Notes under the pieces: generated by a model | The model's input: only the letters and a program-made list of their open reading frames with translations | Told to the model about the DNA's origin: nothing | The model's database searches: none | Shown: one piece after another, positions 10,463 to 23,864 of the stretch | Numbering within the stretch: position 1 is the stretch's first letter | How the letters are laid out: each line of letters starts with the position of its first letter | Source of the DNA: Macrostomum lignano | Lineage: Eukaryota | Assembly (NCBI GenBank): GCA_002269645.1 | Contig: NIVC01001485.1 | Location: forward strand, 186,001-250,000 | DNA length: 64,000 nt | Direction: 5' to 3' | Translations under genes and position numbers: made by a program

Positions 10463-13400
10463 TCAAGGTCGCTTATCAATGGACTGCATGAGTTGCCGAG
10501 TTTGGTCTGCAAGTTGCAAAAGGAGTTGCGATTTTGACCGCAGAGGTGACTACGGATAAAGCTTAAGAAATCAATAAAGGTAAATATCAACATGAAGTTA
10601 GTTATTTATTTATTTGAGTTGCCGATGCATTTCGTCCATTTGCATTAGGACATCGTCAGGGTCTTTTTATTTAAGAAACAATTTTTAACAATTTTTTTAA
10701 ACAATTTTTAACAATTTTTAATAAAAAGACCCTGACGATGTCCTAATGCAAATGGACGAAATGCATCGGCAACTCAAATAAATAAATAACTAACTTCATG
10801 TTGATATTTACCTTTATTTATCTACTCTTCATCAACAAGCGAACCACTTTACCTGATTTCTTAAGAAATCACTCTGTACATTATTTTTGTACATTAGCAA
10901 GCAAGCATGTAGAATTAAAAACACAAATGACTCACCTTCAGGCAGACGTAGGTACTCAGATTGCTTCCTAATAAACTCGGCGATCATCTCTTTGCGCAGT
11001 TCGAATGCTCGCATGTTTGCAATAAATGTGCTGAAATATGGAGTTTGTGAGTATAAACATGATGTTTTTATCCTATTAATGTGGCGCTGTGTAGTGTTAA
11101 AACCCTAATCTAACTCTATTATCTGCTAACGCTGGGCACAACCGATCAGGTCCTCTACTATACGACACTCTGGGCCACCTGCTAGCGGCAATTACATCCT
11201 GCAATCTTGTCTTTGTTGTCGGTGACTTCAATGCGCCTCTGCCTGTTGATGATGGCCGCCTGGTGAAGACTTTCTGTGGCGCACAGAACGCCACTTCTGC
11301 CTACGTCCGGCTTCACCCCAGGCGAGGGATCTGATTGCCGCTTAGACCAGTCTGCCCCGCGGCTCTGTACGAGTCTACTGACTCTTTCACTAGGGCCGTC
11401 CTGCCACGGCGGAAAGCAAATCAACCAAAGACGCTGCGGTACAAAGACCTGGAAATTATCCGGGCAAGGCAACAGGTGCAGCGCGCCACTGCGACCCAGA
11501 CCAGCTGCAGAGCATCTACGCCTATAGCGGACCGAGATTTTCATCGAAGAAGTAGAAAACGAAATTCAATTCGCAACCGACAACTTTCGCCACACCGCTG
11601 CTTGGCAGGCCATCAACCAGCTGACAGGCAGAAGGCCCAGGCCCAGCGCGCGCAGTTCTCGGCGTGGACTTCATCCAGCACCGCAAAGCCCAGCTGGTCT
11701 CGCACTACAGCGACGTGCTCAACGCCCCTGATCCAGCCGCTTCACTGTTATCGATACCCAATTTCACCCCTGCCAACCATGACTCCTTCAACACTGGCTC
11801 CATCTCTTCACAGGAAGTTGATCGGGCCTTAAAGATATGCGCGCTGATGCCGCCTCTGAGGTACATTTCCCTTTCGATTCCCCTTTCAAACGATTCCCCC
11901 CACCCCCCAAGGTCCTGAAGCTTCCCGAGTTAACAGGCCCCTGCCGGGTAACCAGCCTGTTGAAGCCTTGGAGAACACTGCAGTCCTGGAGGCGACGCGG
12001 CTGCATGTGCCCCACCACAATGACGCATCTCCAAGATCGTATAGATCCCAAAGAAGGGGCCTCTACGTACCAGCCTGGACAACCAACGTGGCATCGCACT
12101 GGAGTGCACCATGGCGAAGCTGTCGCGACCCAGCTGCTGCCCAACGCGTTCTTTCCCGGCTCTGTGAGGAGGGCACCCGGGTGGGGCTGGTGGTCAACGC
12201 GCGCAAGACGGAGGTGATAATCGTGGGCACTGACACCGCCCCTGCACTTGCGCTGCCCAACGGACTTCCTCCTCTCCCCCTCTCTCACCCTCTCCGCTCT
12301 CACTGTCTACCCTCTTTATCCCGCCAAGTTTTACTTACTTCAAGTGCCCCAATGCAATGTGACTATTTTGATTTTGACGCTGTACATCCCTGGAATTTAC
12401 ATAAAAATTGATTTTTAGGCCAATCTGTTAATTGAAATGTCTCGTAAAAATCGGAATTAAGATTTGTATTGAAAAAATCAAACTTACCGTATTTGTCGAT
12501 CACCCTGAACTGTGATAATAAAAGCAGCATTCCAAAATCTGAGCGACTGCCAAATTGGTTGGTCCTTGACAAAATTGCGCAAGTAGAGCTTGTGCACCTG
12601 GCCGGACTCGGTTGTGGCTGCAATTAGCCATTTTCGCTAATTTAGCTACTAACAGTAGATTAGCGAAAATCGGCATTGTAATTCATTCACATATGCTAGA
12701 ATAACTATCGGTAGATAAGTGACTCGCAAAATTGCGCTTATCTAATCTTTTTCAGTAGCAAACCTAGCGTTCTTGTTTAATAATTGGTAAAAAATTAAAT
12801 TTTTGCAAAAGCATTTCAATTTTTTAGCTGCAACCAGCGTCTTTGGCCTTTTACAAGCAGAACAATTAAATTAGCAGACCAAAGTAGCTTTGCAGCGAGG
12901 GAGAAAAAGGGTAGCGCCCAGCCGCCACTAGCTAGGCCGATAAACAAGTTTGGCTTTTCTCTTGCCCGATTGTGTCTGACTTTAACCTCTCTCCTTACTG
13001 CTTTCTCATTGGCTTAGCTAGATTGGGCCTGCGGCCTGCCCCTAGGCTGAGTTTGTCCGTTTGACTTTAACCTCTCTCCTTACTGCTCTCTCATTGGCTG
13101 AGCTAAATTGGACCTGCCCCCTAGGCAGAGTTTCGTCCGTCTGACTTTAACCTCTCTCCTTACTGCTCTCTCATTGGCTGAGCTAAATTGGACCTGCCCT
13201 CTAGGCAGAGTTTCGTCCGTCTGACTTTAACCTCTCTCCTTACTGCTCTCTCATTGGCTGAGCTAAATTGGACCTTCCCCCTAGGCAGAGTTTCGTCCGT
13301 CTGACTTTAACCTCTCTCCTTACTGCTCTCTCATTGGCTGAGCTAGATTGGACCTGGGCCCTACGCTGAGTGTCGTGCGTCTTGCGTTCACTTGTGTACA

Positions 13401-16400
13401 TTAAGTTAAATTCTTGTTGTTCCTTCTTAGCCCCATTTGCTCCTGGGGCCGCAAGCCCCGAGGAAGAAAATGAAATTTTAGCTGCCCCAATAAATTTTAG
13501 GGACACTGTAGTTATCTACTGAATTAAGTGAATTACGCATCTTCAGTCTATCATCTTCAACACTCACCGGAATAATAGTAGGTGAAGCAGGCGGTCATCA
13601 GTGCGCACGCAGTCTGCCAGTCATCCGCTTCATTGCATTCGTAGAGAGCCACAGCAACTGCCTGTACAGCGGCGAAGAAGCTCTGCTCCTCTAGGCGCTC
13701 GGATCTGCCTCTCTGGCTGGCGAGATTCTTGGCCAGCCAGGCTCGGCCAGTTGATTTCTGGGCCGAAAAGTTGCGGCGGATTGGTTTGTTAATGGCCGTT
13801 TTGTAGCGCTTTCTTGATGATGCAGTGTGTGTCCAAAGGGGTATCTTGTGAAGGATGCTGTGTGTGTCCAAAGGGGTATCTTGTGAAGGATGCTGTGTGT
13901 GTCCAAAGGGGTATCTTGTGAAGGATGCTGTGTGTGTCTAGGGGGGGGGGTTGTGAAGGATGCTGTGTGTGTCTCTAAAGGGGTATCTTGTGAAGGATGC
14001 TGTGTGTGTCCAAAGGGGTAGCTTGTGAAGGATGCTGTGTGTGTCCAAAGGGGTATCTTGTGAAGGATGCTGTGTGTGTCTAGGGGGGGGGGGTTGTGAA
14101 GGATGCTGTGTGTGTCTCTAAAGGGGTATCTTGTGAAGGATGCTGTGTGTGTCCAAAGGGGTAGCTTGTGAAGGATGCTGTGTGTGTCTAGGGGGGGGGG
14201 TTGTGAAGGATGCTGTGTGTGTCTCTAAAGGGGTATCTTGTGAAGGATGCTGTGTGTGTCCAAAGGGGTAGCTTGTGAAGGATGCTGTGTGTGTCCAAAG
14301 GGGTAGCTTGTGAAGGATGCTGTGTGTGTCTGGGGGGGGGGTAGCTTGTGAAGGATGCTGTGTGTGTCTAAATGGGTAGCTTGTGAAGGATGCTGTGTGT
14401 GTCTGGGGGGGGGGGTAGCTTGTGAAGGATGCTGTGTGTGTCTGGGGGGGGGGTAGCTTGTGAAGGATGCTGTGTGTCTCTGGGGGGGAGCTTGTGGAGG
14501 ATGTTGTGTGTGTCTGAGGTTAGCTTGAGGAAGATGCAGTGTGTCTAAAGGGGTAGCTTGTAAAGGATGCACAAAGGACTACTCAATTAACATATTATTA
14601 GGACGCTAGGCTCGAAATATATGGTAAATGTTTTGACTGCAACTTTTCGCCGAAAAATACTGTACAGAGATAGGAGATTTTAATTTTTTTCAGCACAAAA
14701 ATTGTTATTGCTTTTGATAGGAGGCAGATCCAGTGTTCATCTTTTGATATGTTGTGCCTTTCTTATTGCTCTATTGATATTCATAAAGCTTTTCATTCAG
14801 AAATAGTTTTAAAGGCATCGGTTTCACCGGAAAAATACACTATGGAGATAGGAAATTTCACGATTTTCAACACTCTAAACCTTTTATCTCTGTAGTGTAT
14901 TTTTCGGCGAAAAGTGGCCTTCAAAACATTTGCCATAGATTTCGAGTGTAGCATCCTTCTACTTAAGTTGTCCTTGAGGATGCAGTGTGTCTTAATCGTT
15001 AGCTTGTGGAGGATGCAGCAGTGTGTCTTAATCGTTAGCTTGTGGAGGATGCAGCAGTGTGTCAAGGAGGTAGCTTGTGGAGGATGCAGCAGTGTGTCAA
15101 GGAGGTAGCTTGTGGAGGATGCAGCAGTGTGTCAAGGAGGTAGCTTGTGGAGGATGCAGCAGTGTGTCAAGGAGGTAGCTTGTGGAGGATGCAGCAGTGT
15201 GTCTTAATCGTTAGCTTGTGGAGGATGCAGCAGTGTGTCAAGGAGGTAGCTTGTGGAGGATGCAGCAGTGTGTCAAGGAGGTAGCTTGTGGAGGATGCAG
15301 CAGTGTGTCTTAATCGTTAGCTTGTGGAGGATGCAGCAGTGTGTCAAGGAGGTAGCTTGTGGAGGATGCAGCAGTGTGTCAAGGAGGTAGCTTGTGGAGG
15401 ATGCAGCAGTGTGTCAAGGAGGTAGCTTGTGGAGGATGCAGCAGTGTGTCAAGGAGGTAGCTTGTGGAGGATGCAGCAGTGTGTCAAGGAGGTAGCTTGT
15501 GGAGGATGCAGCAGTGTGTCAAGGAGGTAGCTTGTGGAGGATGCTGCAGTGTGTCGGGGGTAGCTTGTGAAGGATGCAGCAGTGTGTCAGAGAGGTAGCT
15601 TGTGGATTACAGCGGTGTTTGTCAGAGTACATGCCTTTGCTATGTGTTCCAATTCCGCTGGAAACTAAGTATAGGAATGAGAGATGTAGATAGGGGGGTG
15701 AGAAGAGTGGTGTAGTGATTGGTAGGGTAAGAGACACAGGGGTCGAGAGATGGACGGAGGGTTAGGAGCAACAAGTGGTGGTTTTCCTTTCCTGTGTCTA
15801 ATTGACGTAGAAATAAAACTCCAAAACAGCCACAAATATGACAGTCTAAAACGAACTCATAGAGAATGTAATTTTCTGCTAAATATCGTTCAGAATTAGG
15901 CAGCCAGTCTGTATCTTTTGTGAAGTACTTTTGCTCAATCTAATCCAGACAGACAGGCTGGTGTGGGTGGGGGGAGAGTGGCCAGTTGCTGAATAAATCG
16001 CCGAAGTAATTTCACCGAATTCGTGGCTCTCAATCACGATTCTCTCGAGTCTATCACAGACCGAGTGTACCGACTGTTGGGAAGTCGCTGCGCTCAATCT
16101 CGACAATTGAGATCCCAACCGTTCCCTTGGGAGGGAGAAGAGAAGGAGGGAATCGAGGGAGAAGCAAAATAAGAAGCTGAAAATAGAAGACGAGCGAGCC
16201 AAGAAGGATCAGAAGTCGTCGTCAGGCTGAAACGTATCAGAGAAGGATTCTCTCCGCAAGTTACTTTCTTTATATGCAGATTCCAGCTTGAAAAGAGGAG
16301 GCCTGGAAAATCCAATGAGGAAGGAAAATGAGGGGCGATGACTGGTCAGTGTTGACGAAGGATCTTCTTTCAACAAGTTTGGTTTTTTAAGAAAATAAAA

Positions 16401-19400
16401 CCTCATGTCGACTTCAATGCGTTATTTCACATCTCTAAGAGACCTCACATAAGAGACCTGATGTATGAGACCTGAGATATGACCTGAGATATGAGACCTG
16501 AGATATGAGTACTGATGCATGAGACCCGAGATATTAGACCTGAGATATGAGACCCGAGATATTAGACCTGAGATATGAGACCCGAGATATTAGACCTGAG
16601 ATATGAGACCCGAGATATTAGACCTGAGATATGAGACCCGAGATATTAGACCTGAGATATGAGACCCGAGATATTAGACCTGAGATATGAGACCCGAGAT
16701 ATTAGACCTGAGATATGAGACCCGAGATATTAGACCTGAGATATGAGACCCGAGATATTAGACCTGAGATATGAGATAGGTAGTTTGGCATTCGACAGCT
16801 TTCTGGATGTTAATTCTCAAGGCAGACTTACCTGACAATAGTCTCCGAATACCTCCGTGTCTTCGGGCGTTATGCTTTGCCTAAAATTTATATCGGAATC
16901 ATTAGGCTAATGCGGTATAGATGCTGCAAATTCCATCACCTGGCACCTGACACCTGACTGCTTCCATCCCCTGACACCTGGCTGTTTCCATCCCCTGACA
17001 CCTGGCTGTTTCCATCCCCTGACACCTGGCTGTTTCCATCCCCTGACACCTGGCTGTTTCCATCCCCTGACACCTGACTGCTTCCATCCCCTGACACCTG
17101 GCTGTTTCCATCCCCTGACAACTGGCTGTTTCCATCCCCTGACACCTGGCTGTTTCCATGCCCTGACACCTGGCTGTTTCCATCCCCTGACACCTGGCTG
17201 TTTCCATCCCCTGACACCTGACTGCTTCCATCCCCTGACACCTGGCTGTTTCCATCCCCTGACAACTGGCTGTTTCCATCCCCTGACACCTGGCTGTTTC
17301 CATGCCCTGACACCTGGCTGTTTCCATCCCCTGACACCTGGCTGTTTCCATCCCCTGACAACTGGCTGTTTCCATCCCCTGACACCTGGCTGTTTCCATC
17401 CCCTGACACCTGGCTGTTTCCATGCCCTGACACCTGGCTGTTTCCATCCCCTGACACCTGACTGCTTCCATCACCTGACACCTGACTGTTTCCATCCCCT
17501 GACAACTGGCTGTTTCCATCACCTGACACCTGGCTGTTTCCATCCCCTGACACCTGGCTGTTTCCATACCCTGACACCTGGCTGTTTCCATGCCTTGACA
17601 CCTGACTGTTTCCATACCCTGACACCTGGCTGTTTCCATGCCTTGACACCTAACTGTTTCCATCACCTGACACCTGGCTGTTTCCATGCCCTGACACCTG
17701 ACTGTTTCCATCACCTGACACCTGGCTGTTTCCATCCCCTGACACCTGGCTGTTTCCATACCTTGACACCTGGCTGTTTCCATCATTTGACACCTGGCTG
17801 TTTCCATCCCCTGACACCTGGCTGTTTCCATCCCCTGACAATGCATTCTAGCAGATTTTACTTCAACATTCCATTAGGCTATGATTAACTATACTCACCC
17901 TTGGTTGAACATCATACTAACGTAGCGAGTCATAAATTCACGGCATTGTTTGGCTTCTGCATCGTTCATATCTGTCGGTTGCTGCTGCTGCTGTTGCTGT
18001 TGTTGTTGCTGCTGCTGCAGACTGTTTACTGTCATTTCGTTATGCCTTCTTCCAGATTGTTGAAACTGCTGCTGCTGCGACTGCTGCTGTTGTTGCTGCT
18101 GCTGCGGCTTCTGCTGTTGTTGCTGTCTCTGCCTTGCAGCTCGCCTGCTTCTACTCGAGCCATCGCCTACACCAATCAGGACGTCGTCTTCGGGCAAAGG
18201 TTGAGTGCCGCCGCCGCCTGAGCTTCTGTGCTGCTGCTGCTGCTGCTGCTGATAATGCCGTTGGCTCCTCCGATGTTGCTGCAGCTGCTGCTGCTGGTTG
18301 ATAGCAAAGCCCGCAGGATCGTTTTTCAGGAATTCGTCTTGTTCCACGTCGAAGTAGTCGAAGTTTGGATCGTCGGCTTCGTAGTTGCTAGCATAGTTAG
18401 GGTACTGATGGTTATAACGCACCTGGGACGATGGCCTCGGGTTGTCATAGTCCCATCTGTTTGGTTGGGCGATAGGTTTACCAGACTCAAGAGGTTTAGC
18501 ACTACATGCTAAATTAAACTAAATTAAACAGGACTGAAAGGAATGAAAGGAGAGCTTAACTTTTGCCACCGCATTGATGCGGCATCCACCGAGAGACGGG
18601 ACAGGGCCGCCCACTGAGAGACAGAGCAGCCCACTGAGAGACAGGGCAGCCCACCAAGAGACAGAGCAGCCCACTGAGAGACAGGGCAGCCCACCAAGAG
18701 ACAGAGCAGCCCACTGAGAGACAGGGCAGCCCACTGAGAGACAGGGCAGCCCACCAAGAGACAGAGCAGCCCACTAAGAGACAGGGCAGCCCACTGAGAG
18801 ACAGGGCAGCCCACCAAGAGACAGGGCAGCCCACCAAGTGACCTTTGAACATCTAGGGACGATTTAAACATTGCAGCTAGTTTACCTTCCACCGTATTGC
18901 CTTCTGTCGTCGCTGTAAACAGGTGGCGGCAGCGGACTGTGCGAACCGTATCGTTCAAAGTTGAGCATCCGACCCCGATCGTGATGATACATTATCCCCG
19001 GTTGGTGCTGCTGCTGCTGATGCAATGCCGGACGTTGGCTAGACCAGCGCCTGCCGCCTCCGCCAACGAAATAAGCAGGCTCTCCGCCCCCGCTGTAGCC
19101 CTGGTAGCCACTGGCGAATCGGCGCCGGCCCCCGCCTCCGCCGCCGCCGCCGCCAAACTCGGAGGCCGTGTCCAAGTCTAGGCCTTCGCCGCCGCCATAG
19201 AAACCACCGCCGCCACCGACACCACCGCCGCGTAGTCCTCCTAGGAGGTGAGCCGTCGGATCTGGCAGCGGCTCGCCTCGCATTGCGGCCCTGATGTAAG
19301 GATCAGCCTCCCAGTATGAAAAGTTGCCGTCATACTGCTGCTGCGGCACCAAGCCAATGCCTGGCTGTTGGTGAAACGGCTGGCCCTGGGCCATGACAAC

Positions 19401-20339
19401 CTGATTCGGGTAGCCTTGATAGAACTGATCCTGCTGCACTGGATTGTTCGGATTGGGATAAACCTGAGACTGGTAGCCTTGACTGTTGAAACCAGTCTGA
19501 GCCGCCTGGTAGCCAGGTGCGAAACCGGGCTGCATGGGGATTGGTGGATACATTCGACCTGCTCCCAGTTGATTTGCTGGACCGAACATCGAACCACCCG
19601 GCTGCAATGGCAGCTGCTGCTGTTGCTGTTGCTGTTGCTGCCCCTTCTGTTGCTGCTGCTGTTCTTGCTGGCCGCTTCCAAAGCCGCGAGTCAGCTCGCT
19701 GAACTTTGATGTCAGCCCGCTGAATAAGCCGTCGCTTTGATTCTGTTGTTCTTGTTGTTGCTGCTGCTGTGGCTGCTGTGGCTGCTGTTGCTGCTGTTGC
19801 TGCGGCTGCTGCGGTGGCTGCTGCATGGCAAATTGCTGCGTGAAGGGAATCGGGTGCTGTTGCTGCTGCTGCTGCTGCTGACTGTTTGGATGGTTATTGC
19901 TGTAAGGCTGTTGCTGAAACTGCGGTTGCTGCTCATAGTACATTGGTTGCTGCCTCTGCTGCTGCCAGTTTTGTTGCCTCGCCCTGCCAATGCCGGGGCC
20001 CGATGGTTGGGGCTGTTGGATTGGCGGCTGCTGCACCGGCGGAGGCTGCGGAGGCTGCGGTCCCTGAATCCTATTAGAATTGCCTCTGAATAGCAGCGGC
20101 TGAGGTTGCTGCTGTGGCTGTTGCTGATGCTGCCGAGGTGGAGGCTGAGGCGGTGGTGGACCGCTACTAAAAAGTTGACTTCTGTCGGATGGGCCCTGCA
20201 TCCTCTGGCGTTGTGACTGCTGCATCTGCTGCTGCGGTTGCATCGGCGACTGCTCCGTCGTCTGTTGACTGTCGCTGGTCACAGATGCCGCCACAGAGCC
20301 AAAGAACTTGGAAGCCTCGCCTAGGATGCCACCGAACAT
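10463..20339 (-). CDS. KIAA0513: KIAA0513-like protein (SBF1/SBF2-type domain) with long Q/P/G-rich N-terminus, about 856 aa, 8 exons
   Basis: Hand-spliced exons 20339-18886, 18456-17899, 16880-16832, 13757-13568, 12617-12488, 12389-12339, 11030-10936, 10506-10463. All GT-AG, phases consistent. Motifs EFMTRYVSMMF, FGDYC, GRAWLAKNLASQR, ALYECNEADDWQTACALMTACFTYY, QPIWQSLRFWNAAF, TFIANMRAF match my recollection of KIAA0513. The start Met is the least certain element. Confidence 0.8.
10573..10818. repeat. Perfect 99-bp inverted repeat (10573-10671 / 10720-10818) with 48-bp spacer, in last intron of KIAA0513-like gene
   Basis: Arms compared base by base and identical. Spacer has four AACAATTTTT-type units. 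Confidence 0.95.
10725..10772 (+). ncRNA. Minimal type I hammerhead ribozyme motif (mirror copy on minus strand, about 10619-10666)
   Basis: CUGACGA-u-GUCC(uaaugcaaau)GGAC-GAAA-ugca-UC. Full catalytic core, stem II, palindromic stem III (AUGCAU). Stem I is only about 2 bp. Confidence 0.7.
11100..12260 (+). mobile_element. Degenerate, internally deleted RTE-like LINE in intron 6 of KIAA0513-like gene
   Basis: Endonuclease motif VVGDFNAPL near 11215 and RT-end motif GLVVNARKTEVI near 12190. Multiple frame breaks. Confidence 0.6.
12975..13365. repeat. Tandem repeat, 80-bp unit, about 5 copies
   Basis: TACTGCTCTC recurs at 13081, 13161, 13241 and 13321. Confidence 0.9.
13820..14570. repeat. Minisatellite, about 35-bp unit (GCTTGTGAAGGATGCTGTGTGTGTC... 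family)
   Basis: Tandem repetition with variable G-runs. Confidence 0.93.
14975..15605. repeat. Minisatellite, 35-bp unit GGTAGCTTGTGGAGGATGCAGCAGTGTGTCAAGGA
   Basis: Tandem repetition; sister family of the 13820-14570 array. Confidence 0.93.
16455..16775. repeat. Minisatellite, 28-bp dimer of 14-mers GAGACCCGAGATAT/TAGACCTGAGATAT
   Basis: Tandem repetition. Confidence 0.93.
16935..17840. repeat. Minisatellite, 24-bp unit TGACACCTGGCTGTTTCCATCCCC, filling intron 2
   Basis: Tandem repetition; produces spurious 8-aa periodic ORFs. Confidence 0.95.
18590..18840. repeat. Minisatellite, 20-bp unit GAGACAGGGCAGCCCACTGA, in intron 1
   Basis: Tandem repetition. Confidence 0.93.
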
Positions 20340-22965
20340 GGCTAAACCAGCTGACGGAAGAACTCGCGGGCCCAACGTCCCAAATACTCTGGGAAGGAGT
20401 TGGAACTGTTGCGCAGTTAGTGATTCGACGGACAATTTGCATCCGAGAGCTGCGAGTTAAACGGGAGAGGGGGGGACGGAGGGCTCGCCCCTCGGGGGAA
20501 AACGCATGCCAAGAGACCAACCCCCATGCTCTCCAATCCTGCAACCAGCGATTTTGGTGGAGCAACATTTAAAAAACTTTTTTTCTTTCTCTCTCTCTCT
20601 CTTTCTCCTCTATCTCTCCATGGCTGCTACACCATCCTGCACTGAAGCCAGCATGAGCCGACTAGTGCAGAGTATTTAATTTGAACGAGAGGAGGAAACT
20701 TCTCATATCCGTATCCGATCGGCCTTCCCAGCATCTATGCTATAGCTATATAGTTCTGCTTCAAGCCATAAAGCTCGAGTCCGCGCCACCAGTTGCACTC
20801 TGCGTGCTGAATTATGGATGAAAATTCTCGGTTTCCTGCACTGCCACCCCTCTCTCGCTTGACCTAAATTTCACAGAGAAGCATTACTCCTGGTTGATGC
20901 AGTACGCTTTGAAGTAGTTTTTTATGTGAGGAAAAAATCTGATGCATCCGGGCAAAAAAGTATGGTTGAATCATTATCTTACCAAATAAGCTATTCGATG
21001 ACTGAGCAGCTAGTCATGAAAACTGATCCCTGGATTAGCAAGCGCACTAGATATATCCAGGGGCCGCCTCTGTCGATGTGGTATGTCGCTGTACGCTGAT
21101 TCGAAGACTAATGTGAAGATTTTTTTAATACTGTTAGCTGAGCCCTGCAGACGCATACGATAAGGCCGAAAAGTAATTACGGTTAATTATAGATATGCTA
21201 GCCTCAGTAAACTATATGATTAGAGTCAAACTGGTGTAAACTGACTGACCAACCGACAGTGCTAGCTAATTTTTGTTACAATACGCGTTGTTTGATGCGT
21301 CCTAAAGAAACGCAATTGCGGTCAATGGTTGGACGATGTGTTTTGTAAGCTGCATAGTCTCAAGAGACGTCGGGCCGGGGCGAGACTGGAAAGGGGATGT
21401 CGGATAGCTTGAGGGTAGAAAGAAGCGAGGAACTGTTAGGATTGGGCGCGACGCAATATTGGAGTTTATGGGAAGAGAAAGAGACAGAGTAGAGAGAGGG
21501 AGAAACGGAGAAGCTGTATAGATGATGCAGGAGAGTTTGCCTGAGTTGTTGGCAGGCTACGGACGGGCCGGTGTTGGTGGAGTTTGAGAGGAATTGGACA
21601 CTTTGGGGAACTGCTAGATGCGCAAGAGGGATGGATCAGAGGGAGAGACAGAGAGAGCCGTCCATCCACTGGTCCACTTTGTGTCGTTGGTGAACCATTT
21701 TACTAACCCTCAACCCGCTCCTCTCGTCTCGTTGGTTGAGCTCAGCACACCGGGAGGGGTGTTTTGGCAGTACCAGGCTCTGCAGTCATTGCTAATAAAA
21801 CGATGCATGGAAAAATTGGACTCTAGAGAGTCGGCGACCTCCATGTGCTGCAACGGGTGCTTGCGTCTATAGGGTATGAGGGTATGGTACGACATTGTAG
21901 TCCTGCATGATAGCTGCTTACACAGGAACCATTGGCCAGGGATGTACACACATGTGAGGTTTGTGCAGTACGAGCACTGTTTTAGGCATTTCTAGCTCAC
22001 ACCAATGTTCTTCTGTCCCACACTGGCCCAACTGCACTGTATGCAATGCCCTCCCTCAACCCTCGCCCTTCCCGAAGACTGCAGTCATTGGACTTGAAAC
22101 CATCAGGACCCACCAAAGCCTTTCTTGCTTCTCAAATATGCGACTCACCATAATTTCCTAGCAGCGTCCTTCAGGCTTAGCTCTCCCGATTCTCTCTCTC
22201 TCTCTCTCTCTCCCTTCTCTTCCCTTTACTAAGCTCTCTAATTTCTCGTTTTGGGTCGATACATGTATATATGGTAACCCAGAGCCATGGGGGACAGTGT
22301 GTGTATTATAGCTGCATGCTTCATGGAGGCAGTCAGTCTCAATGATGCATGCACAAAGCTACAATGTATACAGACCATGAGACGGCTAATTTATAAGTCT
22401 AGTCCATACCGCCTGAATTTTCTAGTCTCCTGTACCGGTACAATGTTAAGTCGGCCAAGATATAAACCTGTAAATACGCGTGCATGTGTGAGTAGGGTCG
22501 TTGTTGTTCCATTACACCTGATTAGGAACTGCAAGCATCTATATGCTAAGCACATGCTCACCTGCTCTTTTTATTTGAAGACTTTCTAATTTCTGCTTGA
22601 TTGACTTGGTCTGAATTGTCATAATTTTTTAGGGCATATGCCTGCATTTTCAGGGCATCAATGTGGCAATTCCAGCCTCGAATTGTACCATACCATGTCC
22701 CCCATCTGCCGAACAGAAGAATCGGGTATACCATCGCGTTCTAGCTCATTTAGCTCTTTCAATCACGCGTCGTCTGGAATGTCGAGAATCTCTTCTGACT
22801 CGATCTTGGTCCGCGAATTCCTTGCTCAATTCCTCCAAATACGTCCGGCTGTTTGACTCGGCTGAAATCCAGGCCAGCTCTTCGGTCGACATACCAGATA
22901 CAACTTCTCCAGGCAAATTTGAATAATTGATTAAGTGATTGATCATGTATGAAGCGTGGTAAGAG

Positions 22966-23219
22966 CACAGAATATACACAGAATGCCAAATCGAGCGATT
23001 TCCATGAAGCCGAATTAAAATTCGTGTGCACTACTCTTTTTGTGAAGTCTATGGCCAGTAGTATAAATTAGCGAAGAATAATTTAGCAAAGTCTCACAGG
23101 CAGTCAGAGATCCTACCTGGAGGACCAAATGTAAAATTTTATCATTTTTCGTATTTCAATTCTTACACCGATTTTTTAAACAAAAAGTGCTCGATTTGGC
23201 ATTCTGTGTATATTGTGTG
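22966..23219. mobile_element. MITE-like element with 31-bp terminal inverted repeats
   Basis: CACAGAATATACACAGAATGCCAAATCGAGC at 22966-22996 and its reverse complement (1 mismatch) at 23189-23219. Imperfect flanking GTAAGAG/GTAAGGG may be a target-site duplication. Confidence 0.5.
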
Positions 23220-23589
23220 GTAAGGGTAAGAGCATGCTAACAAATTAAAATTTATCCTGACGTTGTTTTTTCCTTTTACAGTGAGTCTAAGCCCATAAGT
23301 ACCTATGCCAATATGTCAATGGTCCTAAATTGACAAATGAGGAGAAAGAATGGCCATAGACACTTCTTGTATGTTACAACACAGAGCCCGGAATTTTCGA
23401 CAATTTAGAATTTTGAGGGCGCGTAAGCCCGGAAAAAAGAAATGTTAATGTTATATTGTGTGACTGTCAGTGCTTAGATGCCAGCTGTTTAATAATACAA
23501 TGTAGAAAAATGAGAAAAACACATACTATTTTTAATACATACATAATACATAAAAATACATACACACGACAGCAGTGTCTAAAAACTTT

Positions 23590-23830
<241 letters not shown>

Positions 23831-23864
23831 TATTTCATTCTTAGCTTCCGTCTTAGTGTCTTTT

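Noticed and set aside
16902-17846. Long periodic ORFs (also 23579-24982, 39205-40047, 40860-42172, 43947-45137, 46380-47365, 61303-62014)
   Set aside because: They arise from stop-free repeat units. Most lie in introns defined by GT-AG sites and conserved flanking exons; the rest lie in repeat-filled spacers.
17901-20093. Plus-strand poly-Leu ORFs
   Set aside because: Antisense shadows of the CAG/CAA-rich KIAA0513-like exons.
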